The notes under the pieces are model-generated. The model was not told where the DNA came from. It saw only the letters and a list, made by a program, of their open reading frames with translations, and searched no databases. A stretch of DNA of 7,596 nt from Vitrella brassicaformis CCMP3155 (taxonomy: Eukaryota > Protista > Chromerida), in NCBI GenBank assembly GCA_001179505.1, contig CDMY01000970.1, positions 1-7,596 on the forward strand. The letters are read 5' to 3'. Below, piece by piece: positions 1 through 7,596 of the stretch. The position numbers and the translations under genes were made by a program. Numbering within the stretch: the stretch's first letter is position 1; the number at the start of each line of letters is the position of its first letter.

Positions 1-101
1 CGCTGTCTCGATCGTTGTGATGGCTGCAGCCTCACATCAGCAGCATTGATAGCACGCGGCTGAAGAACACTTCACGGGGTGACAGCATGACGGTCCATCC
101 T

Positions 102-758
102 TCATAGTTTTCGTATTCTTCCTTCCAATGCTTTGTGACGAGAGAGATGCAGTTGGCTGTCGCAATCATTGGCAGCAGAAGGAAGGAAAAGACACGAGTG
201 GCCTGACAGAGAGGGGAAATCTCTCGTGTGGGTAACTTGTGTGAGGACAGAGAGGGGCTCTGCCGACTCCAGCAGCAAAAACCACTTTTTTTGTTTGCCT
301 GCAAGTGAGTCTCGGAAGTAGACCTCTGCGGTGTCGCTGCAGAAATTGGCTGTGAGCGCCTGCACCGAGTGGACAATCAATGCGACAGTGAAGCCTGCTG
401 TGTCTTTTGGTCATTATTTACCTCCTGCCAGTTGGAAACCTTGGACAGGTCACTAAAGTTATAGAAGAACAAAAGACAAGCGATGTTCGGATGCGTGTGA
501 CATCCGATATTCTCGATTTTACTCTGTGAGGGAGTCCTTCGGTCGTGTCTTCATCAGCTTGCGGAAGACGGCACAGCAGCGAAGACTGTCGAGGCCCACC
601 GACTCAGAGTGGTCCTTTAGGAATCTCTTCGTGGAGGGCACCGCCTCCTTAAGGATCTCCAGAGAGACAGAAAGCACTATGTCTTGTTCCTCTCCTTTCA
701 GAACCACCGCCCCAGTGCAAACAAGAAACCGCACTGATCCCGCAAACTTCGACATCAG
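102..758 (-). CDS. Putative spliced host gene of unknown function, 5' end unresolved; exons 758-600, 523-422, 359-102
   Basis: Manual splicing with two short phase-0 GT-AG introns (599-524, 76 nt, GTGGGC..CTCACAG; 421-360, 62 nt, GTAAAT..GGTGCAG) joins ORFs 519..755 and 102..380 via a middle exon into one stop-free frame (LMSKFAGSVRFLV...DHSES|SKIENIGC...SNWQE|ALTANFCS...GRIRKL*). No domain recognised. Confidence 0.4.
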
Positions 759-993
759 CTGCTCAATATGACAACGTCAAGCGTATCAGAAGCGAGACCG
801 TTGGCGGGGATAGGTTCATTGTGCGGACCATTCCGATGTTTGCATAACGTCAACGTCGGCCGGGGGGAAGTGGAGCAATATCATTGTCGACTTGTCTTGA
901 TTCTGCTGCAGACCCGCCATTTGAGACAGACTTGTCGGCACCGTGCGGTGCGGGTGGCCAGGAGACATCATCGCCGTCGGCGTGTCCCTGAGA

Positions 994-1446
994 CCTGCAT
1001 GAGTTATGATGAATGTCTGTGTGCGCACACCTGCGCATGCACGTGGGGACTTGGAGTGTGTGTATATGATGAATGTCTGTGCGCACACCTGGAGTCATGC
1101 ACGTGTGGACTTGGAGGGCGTGTATATGATGAATGTCTGTGTGCGCACACCTGGAGTGCGTGTATATGATGAATGTCTGTGTGCGCACCCCTGCGCATGC
1201 ACGCGTCGACTTGGAGTGTGTGTATATGATGAATGTCTGTGTGCGCACACCTGCCTGGAGTGCGTGCATATGATGAATGTCTGTATGCGCACCCCTGCGC
1301 ATGCACGTGTGGATGTCGACACGGAGTGTGTGTATATGATGAATGTCTGTGTGCGCACACCTGCGCACGGACGCGTCGACGCTCGGCTCTGAGTGTGTGT
1401 ATTTGATGAATATCTCTGTGCGCACACTTTGTCTCTGTGCGCACAC
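994..1446 (+). repeat. Satellite array 1: about 8 units of the ~60-bp monomer
   Basis: The TATATGATGAATGTCT anchor (or a close variant) recurs at about 1003/1005, 1063, 1123, 1163, 1223, 1267, 1333 and 1400. Unit lengths are ~60, 60, 40, 60, 44, 66, 67 and a partial unit. The left border is uncertain (994-1005). Confidence 0.95.
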
Positions 1447-2664
1447 CGCTGCTCTCGCTATGTGTTCAACACCTACCGAGGATTCGCCGCCCTTCACCCG
1501 CAAGACTCAGCCGGCTGTCTGTGGAGCTGTGAAGGCGTCACACAGGGCGACTCCGTGGCAATGTTCGTCTACGCCTGCGGCAGCCTTCCCCTCATTCATG
1601 CCCTGCGGGCTGCCTTCGCTGAGGAGGGATATGATATGCCGTCGAGTGGGGCACGGGACGACTCGGACAGCGATGGGTCTAGATCAGATAAGGGCGAGCA
1701 CGAAAATGCGCCATCAGAAGGGCAAGAGAGGCCAGAAGAAGCCTGTGACACGCCACCAGAAGCACGGGGGGATGATGCGGGTGTGCGGGTGTGTTCTGGT
1801 GTAGAAGGTGTTGGTGTTGGTGAGGAGGAGAATTCGTCGGCCTCGTCGGCCTCTTCATCTGGCGCTTTACTGCGACACTGCTGGTATGCAGATGACTCGT
1901 CGGCGCTCGGCAACCTTCACGGCATCCTGGTGTGGTTTCGAGCCCTGCGCCGCATCGGCGCCTCATACGGCTATCACCCGGAGGCCGCCAAGTGCTTCCT
2001 CATCGTCAAACCCGAGCTCGAGCAGATCGCAAGGGAACTTTTCGAGCCCGAGGGGATGCAGATCGTCACGGGCAAGAGGTTTCTGGGCGGCTATGTAGGC
2101 GATGAGGAAGGGACGGCGGCCTTCCTCTGTGAGAAGGTCGAGGGATGGGTGCACGGCGTGCGCGCGCTCACGTCTGCTGCCCGCAACTTCTCGCACACCG
2201 CCCACGCGGCAATGACGAGGTCTCTGCAAATGGAGTTGGACTACGTCTTCCGTGTCGTGCTCACCGACGAGTCTGCTCTCAGCCCCCTCCACGAGGCCAT
2301 CGCTAAGAAGCTGCTGCCGGCCCTCCTCGGCGGCCCTGTGACGCCGTCCGAGGTCGACCTGATGCTGCTGCCTGCCCGCTTTGGCGGTACCGGCATACGT
2401 GACCATCTCGACCGAGCCGCAGCCGCATACCCCGCTTCCCGCGCGGGCACCAAAGTGGTCTCCAAGTCCATCCAAGGCAAGGCCCCTTTCCACCCTGGCG
2501 ACCATCGTGCCACCATCCGTCACGCCCTCACCCAGAGCCGGCAGCAGCAGGACATCGACCACAAAGCCAAGAGAGAAGCCGCCCTTCCCCACATCGACCG
2601 CCAGCCTCATCGCGTCCTCTCCCGCAGCGCCGAATACAAGACGTCCGGCTGGCTGACCACCCTG
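1447..2664 (+). mobile_element. CRE-clade-like non-LTR retrotransposon RT fragment (RT palm plus downstream region), truncated at both ends
   Basis: ORF 1393..2706 from codon 19: RCSRYVFNTYRG, EGVTQGD (QGD 1543-1551), WYADD (1882-1896), YGYHPEAAKC, RFLGGYVG, LPARFGGTGIRD, SGWLTTL. This motif order matches CRE-like elements as I recall them. The N-terminal RT motifs (RPIA, DxxNAFN) and the C-terminal CCHC/restriction-like endonuclease are absent. Confidence 0.85.
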
Positions 2665-2925
2665 TGCGAAAAAAGGCCGGTGAGGACCTTTCCTGTACTT
2701 AGCTGAATAGAGGATCTGCTGGGGGGTAAGTCCCAGAGTAAGAGTGCTTTTACTTTGATAAGACAGATGGACTGGCCAGTCAGTCAAAGTTGTTTCTGTC
2801 CATGTATGGCATCATGAAGGGTGGTCAACACAGATCTCACTTCGGTGATGGCTGATAAGATCGTGTCTCCTCAGAATGCTTTCCTTGTCTTTCCTTGTCT
2901 TCTCCTCTCTCCACCCGTTACACAG

Positions 2926-3077
2926 CAATATACCCTAGCTCACAAGCTCGCAGTGGTTCGTCTTGCCAAGCTGGCAATCCTGACACCCCCTCTCAAGACG
3001 AACCAGCACGGCGTGTACTCAGGAAAAGAAAATCACGAAGAAAGCACAAAGGCATCCAGAAAATGACCATTGGGTAG
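2926..3077 (+). CDS. Possible terminal exon of a host gene fragment with a basic NLS-like stretch (RRVLRKRKSRRKHK)
   Basis: A polypyrimidine tract (~2876-2913) precedes ACAG at 2922-2925, with a GTAAGT donor upstream at 2726. The reading frame is ambiguous because two frames are open. Confidence 0.2.
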
Positions 3078-3454
3078 CGAACGCGCACACACAGTGGACA
3101 AGTGCACAGATCAGCATAAGCATGAGCACGAATGGTGTGGTGTGTGCACAGATGGAACAGTTACAGCATATCACAACACATCCACGATGGCCTTCCTTCC
3201 CAAGTGACCACAACACACCAAGGAGGTACACAGATGCAGACTCATTCATCCCTTGTTGCCCTTCCACGTTTCAACAAACTCACTGCCATCTAACCCTGCC
3301 TGTAACTCTCTCACTCAGGTACTTGTGCGCTTCACGCCCAAGTCCCTTCGTGAGTATGTCAGCTATGTTCTCACTGGTACGTACGTATCGAACAGCGAGA
3401 AAGCCTGACTGAACTAGCTGACGTATGTAGTGATAACGCACGTCAATGTGTTTC

Positions 3455-3754
3455 NNNNNNNNNNNNNNNNNNNNNNNNNNNNNNNNNNNNNNNNNNNNNN
3501 NNNNNNNNNNNNNNNNNNNNNNNNNNNNNNNNNNNNNNNNNNNNNNNNNNNNNNNNNNNNNNNNNNNNNNNNNNNNNNNNNNNNNNNNNNNNNNNNNNNN
3601 NNNNNNNNNNNNNNNNNNNNNNNNNNNNNNNNNNNNNNNNNNNNNNNNNNNNNNNNNNNNNNNNNNNNNNNNNNNNNNNNNNNNNNNNNNNNNNNNNNNN
3701 NNNNNNNNNNNNNNNNNNNNNNNNNNNNNNNNNNNNNNNNNNNNNNNNNNNNNN
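3455..3754. other. Assembly gap (300 N)
   Basis: Run of N. Array 2 emerges directly from it, so the array's true size and the linkage across the gap are unknown. Confidence 1.
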
Positions 3755-4302
3755 GATCATGAATATCTCTGTGCGTGCACAGGTCGACTTGGAGTGGGTG
3801 TATATCATAATGCCTCTGTGCGCACACCTGCGCTTGCACGTTTGGACTTGGAGTGGGTGTGTATCATGAATATCTCTATGCGCACACTTGCGCATGCACG
3901 TGTCGATTTGGAAGTTGTGTATATCATGAACATGTACATGCACGTGTCGACTTGGAGTGGGTGTATACGATGAATGTCTCTGTGCGCACACCTGCGCATG
4001 CACGTGTCGATTTGGAGGGTGTGTATCATGAATGTCTCTGTGCGCACCTGTGCATGTGTGTATCATGAATATCTCTGTGCGCACACCTGTGCGCACACCT
4101 GTGCATGAGTTGTGTATATCATGAACATGTACATGCACGTGTCGACTTGGAGTGGGTGTATACGATGAATGTCTCTGTGCGCACACCTCTGCATGCACGT
4201 GTCGATTTGAAGGGTGTGTATCATGAATGTCTCTGTGCGCACCTGTGCATGTGTGTATCATGAATGTCTGTGTGCGCACCCCTGTGCGCACACCTGTGCA
4301 TG
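3755..4302 (+). repeat. Satellite array 2: same family, with its own variants
   Basis: Units carry TATCATGAATGTCTCTGTG and TTGGAGTGGGTG or ATTTGGA instead of array-1 TATGATGAATGTCTGTGTG and TTGGAGTGTGTG. Same orientation as array 1. Confidence 0.95.
3913..4302 (+). repeat. 195-bp higher-order repeat, two copies (3913-4107 and 4108-4302)
   Basis: Hand alignment gives 6 mismatches in 195 nt and no indels. Confidence 0.9.
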
Positions 4303-4304
4303 TT

Positions 4305-4320
4305 CTAAACCCTAAACCCT
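4305..4320 (-). repeat. Short telomere-type (TTTAGGG)n tract
   Basis: The plus strand reads CTAAACCCTAAACCCT, a 16-nt perfect match to a CCCTAAA array, lying between array 2 and the RT2 fragment. Confidence 0.65.
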
Positions 4321-4975
4321 TCGGCAGAGCACTTGACACCAGAAGCGGCAATCTCAGCGGGGACGTCACAGGGCTGTCGCCAATGAGGGCTCCAGGCAGC
4401 GCTCTTGTCTCGACGCAGCTTCAGCTTCTTCTCGGCCAGAAGCTGTTCAGCTCTGTCCACATACCTCGTCACACGTGTCTCGTATACTCCTCCATAGATG
4501 TCATCTATGAAAGCACCAGTGAAGTCGTCCAGGAACTCTTCCTGCAGCTTGACGAGGGCCGGATGGAGACCCAGACAGAAAAGGAATGGTCCTGCAGCGT
4601 CGCCCTGCTGAGTCCCCTCTTGACTGAGGATGGTATCAATACACGATACCACAGCTTAGCCGGGGTGCCGTAGAACTGCCAGAAGAAATCGACAAGGGAG
4701 GGCCACTTTATGCCGAGCTCGTCCAGGATCGCCTGGCGATCAATTGACTTGAAGGCCTTCTTGCAATCAAAAGTCACCAAAACACGCCGGTCCGGGCCAC
4801 CACCTTGTGTCTCGACGAACGTTTGGCATGCACGGAACAGCTTCTCACTCCCTGCCGAAGTCCCCACAGCAAACTGCAAGGGAGAGAGGTCGTCTTCGAA
4901 GGCGAGTTTGTTGTCCATGCAGACAGCTTTTGTCACCCAACGCCGCAGCACGTCACCCACAGCAATAGGTCGAAC
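4308..4975 (-). pseudogene. Second CRE-clade-like RT fragment, frameshifted and truncated
   Basis: VRPIAVGDVLRRWV (from 4975), LSPLQFAVG, FDCKKAFKSIDR (degenerate DxxNAFN, 4768-4748), FFWQFYG. A frameshift near 4640 (apparent small deletion after LWYR) leads to EGTQQGDAAGPFLF, AFIDD (FIDD at 4511-4500), LKLRRDKS and EGFRV*. The last four codons overlap the telomere-like tract. Confidence 0.85.
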
Positions 4976-5450
4976 GGAGGGATAGTTGGATTACTGCACC
5001 AGATAAAGGTGGCGATGAGGGGCAGATGCAGAGTGTGAATGGGGCGCACGACCAATGGGAGGCATCCTCGTGTCTGTCCCGAATGTGAAATGGTTGCAGG
5101 CTATGTTGGCTGTGGTTCGGAACATATGATCGTGTATTTGCTAATAGAGTCTACATAGTGTCGGGAAGGGTGGACGCCAGGAGCCTGAATCGCGCGGAGC
5201 TGACGCCCGAACAGCAGCTATCTCAGACATCTGACACGTATGAAAAGTTCAAGGGTGTCCAAATCCGCACGTACGAGGTGAGCACGACGGCAACAGGCAG
5301 GGGTACCTAAGAAGGGGGGGAGGGATCATGTGTTCTCTGATGTTATGTTCAGCGAAAGGACGACGATTAGATTCACACCGGTAAATCGCAGAGACTTGCA
5401 CTTGGGAAGACAACGGGGCACAAGGCGACTGTCTGTTTTGTTTTCATCAG

Positions 5451-5830
5451 GCGTGATAGGGCAGGAGCTGCGGGAGATTTTCGCTGACACCATTCTCGAA
5501 GAGACAGTGACAATCGAGGGCGGCGAGCCTGAGACAACCCTCTTCCTGGACGAAACGGCCCTACTCTACAGGGTAGATAACACACACCTGATGCATGGAT
5601 GTTGGGTGTGGTGGCCCTCTGTGCTTCTGGCTATGGTCCCTGCTTGTGTGATGACGTGTTGCATGCAGACAATCATTGTGGCTCAAGGCCTGCAGAAAGA
5701 GGCTGAGATCTTGCGACAGAAGGCCGATAAACAGGAGGCAGATATTGCGGCGCTTCACGGAAAGCTGAAGGCCATGACGAGGCAAATGGAGAAGATGTCT
5801 AGACAGCGGACCGCTCCCTGCACCAAGTGA
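5451..5830 (+). CDS. Putative spliced gene fragment with a coiled-coil-like C-terminus
   Basis: Within ORF 5330..5830, an in-frame 96-nt GT-AG intron (5573-5668, GTAGAT..GCATGCAG) removes an intron-like stretch to give ...DETALLYR|TIIVAQGLQKEAEILRQKADKQEADIAALHGKLKAMTRQMEKM. There is an acceptor at 5450. A possible upstream exon (~5148-5277, ending at a GTGAGC donor) could not be joined in frame. Confidence 0.35.
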
Positions 5831-6351
5831 TCGATTGATGCTCTCGTAAAGATACCTCTACTGCCCGCTTCCCGAATGCATTCATTTCTTCCCGCTACTT
5901 GTCGATTCATGTATGCATCCATGTATGCCCTTTTTTCCCTCAATGGTCCTACTTTTTCTTTTGCACGTATCATTTGTCGAGAGTGACGGTTGGAGCGTAC
6001 TTGAGTCGTCGGGGTTGACAGAGAGCTACAAAGACACCAACAGAGTGATAAGACATGTGTCTGATGTGCGTTTGGCTGCTGACTGTCCATTCAGTCGGAC
6101 AGCTATCTGCTTGATGCACACAAAGCGGCCTAGAGTCCTACTGATGGCCAGACTAATCTTCGCTTTGTGGTGGCCTGCGTCTCGTCTCGTCTCCGTTTCA
6201 AAGTGGTCGCCCCTCATGCGAACCGTGCATGTCTGTGTGGTCGCTGTCACGATGGCTGGACGTCAGGGCGGGAAGGAATTTCTTTCAGACGCACCTGTCG
6301 TTGCTTGCAGCTAGTGCCTTTTGCTTTCTCGATCTATATCTGCTGCTGCAT

Positions 6352-6927
6352 ATGAACACTAACATTGAATGTACAACCTCTGGTGAGGAACCAGGCACGA
6401 ATGCGTAGTGGGTGCAGTGTTTCTGGTTGTCATGCTTTCTTGGCATGTATGGATGCATCCATTCGTGCAGTGCTCATCTTTCAGTATCGCTTGAGTGAGC
6501 CTTGCTTTTTCACCGCTGCCTACTTTGTATCACAGAGGCGGGACACTAAGGTGAGTGCACTCAATTGATGAGGAAAAAGCGGATGAATGATGAAGCTCGA
6601 GTCAAATATGCCACGCCGTACATACATCGACAGACAGGCGCGTCTCTGTGCATGTATGCACGGACGAACGCACGCACACATGTTTATACGTGGGTATGTA
6701 TGTTGACGGCTGTCGGGGCAAATGTTGCGTTGGGGCCAGGCTTGGGTGCTGATTGTCATCGCTCAAACACACAACAAGTGCGCCGGCATGTATTCGAGCG
6801 CATAGGTACGGATGCTGTGTGTCTGCATACGACAGAAAAGCTCATGTGACTACAAGCACTCGAAGCATCGAAAAAGCACACAACGGACAGATGATGCATA
6901 ACGGACTGACTGACACCAAGACAACCA
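6352..6927 (+). CDS. Possible 5' part of a micro-exon gene running into satellite array 3
   Basis: Exons 6352-6382, 6485-6494, 6536-6550 and 6836-~6927, with donors GTGAGG, GTGAGC and GTGAGT and CAG acceptors, give the open frame MNTNIECTTSVSLEGGTLRKAHVTTSTRSIEKAHNGQ... No homology recognised. Confidence 0.25.
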
Positions 6928-7596
6928 ATACACACACTCCAAGTCCAAACGTGCATGCGCAGGTGTGCGTATACAGACATTCATCGTATACTCCAAGTCG
7001 ACGCGTGCATGCGCACGCAGGTGAGAGACATTCATCATATACACGCAGGTGAGAGACATTCATCATATACACACACTCCAAGTCGACGCGTGCATGCGCA
7101 CGTGTGCGCACACAGACATCAGGTGTGAGCAAATAGACATTCATCATATACACAGTGGACAAAAGACATTCATCATATACACACACTCCAAGTCGATGTG
7201 TGCATGAGCAGGTGTGCGCACTGTAATATTCATTGGATACACACTCAAAGTGCAGGTGTGCGCACAGTAATATTCATCGGATACACACTCCAAGTCGACA
7301 CGTGCATGCGCAATTATGCGCGCAGAGATATCTGCACACAGTAATATTTATCGGATACACACACTCCAAGTCCACACCTGCATGCACAGGTGTGCGCACA
7401 GAGACATTCATCATATACATCCACTCCAAGTACACCTGCGCATAGAAACATTTATCATCTCAACACACTCCAAATCGACACGTGCATGCGCAGGTGTGCG
7501 TACATAGACGTTCATCTTATATACCCATTCCAAGTCCAAATGTGCATGCGCAGGTGTGCGCATACAGACATTCAACATGCGCAGATGTGCGCATAG
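6928..7596 (-). repeat. Satellite array 3: reverse orientation, runs off the window end
   Basis: The plus strand repeats ATACACACACTCCAAGTCGACACGTGCATGCGCAGGTGTGCGCACA(C/G)AGACATTCATCAT, the reverse complement of arrays 1 and 2. It is more heterogeneous and contains a 28-bp duplication (7014-7069). Confidence 0.95.

Noticed and set aside
900-950. LRR-like peptide TVPTSLSQMAGLQ on the minus strand
   Set aside because: It is a single short match with no repeated LxxLxL pattern.
994-1446. CRISPR-like array
   Set aside because: The units are contiguous variants of one monomer with no unique spacers, there are no cas genes, and the context is eukaryotic. The same holds for arrays 2 and 3.
850-1503. 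Long repetitive His/Cys-rich ORFs (e.g. YMMNVCVRTPAHARVDLECV; HTDIHHIH) here and at 3443-4369 and 6842-7596
   Set aside because: They are by-products of a 60-bp (multiple of 3) stop-poor satellite, open in several frames on both strands, with frame-breaking unit lengths.
1447-2664. Bacterial RT system (group II intron, retron, DGR) or telomerase
   Set aside because: The motif set (FNTYRG, GVTQGD, WYADD, RFLGGYVG, LPARFGGTGI, SGWLT) fits CRE-like non-LTR elements, and no motifs specific to the other classes were seen.
2661-2668. CCTGTGCG at the RT1 3' breakpoint matches a satellite variant
   Set aside because: At only 8 nt it is too short to distinguish from chance.
1963-2787. 274-aa antisense ORF
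   Set aside because: It is a shadow of the GC-rich RT frame with no recognisable motif.
3089-3101. 13-nt match ACACAGTGGACAA to an odd unit of array 3 (7150-7162)
   Set aside because: It is short, partly low-complexity and does not extend on either side.
3414-3973. ORFs spanning the N run
   Set aside because: They are artefacts of translating N.
6449-6462. 14-bp palindrome ATGGATGCATCCAT
   Set aside because: It is isolated in ATGC-rich intron-like sequence with no associated structure.

Overview
Eukaryotic, repeat-rich mosaic with a 300-N assembly gap (3455-3754). No prokaryotic genes, rRNA, tRNA or CRISPR array were found. Three arrays of one ~60-bp palindrome-rich satellite (consensus TATATGATGAATGTCTGTGTGCGCACACCTGCGCATGCACGTGTCGACTTGGAGTGTGTG) lie at ~994-1446 (+), 3755-4302 (+) and 6928-7596 (-). 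They alternate with two truncated reverse-transcriptase fragments from different CRE-clade-like non-LTR retrotransposon lineages (1447-2664 +, open frame with a large acidic insert; 4975-4308 -, frameshifted) and with fragments of probable short-intron host genes. Both RT fragments are cut off at a satellite border, and putative gene models also end at or near array borders. One junction carries a 16-bp (TTTAGGG)n telomere-type tract. Arrays 2 and 3 flank a 2.6-kb segment in inverted, telomere-like polarity. The host is an inference only: TTTAGGG, short GT-AG introns and CRE-like elements fit an alga or chromerid such as Vitrella.
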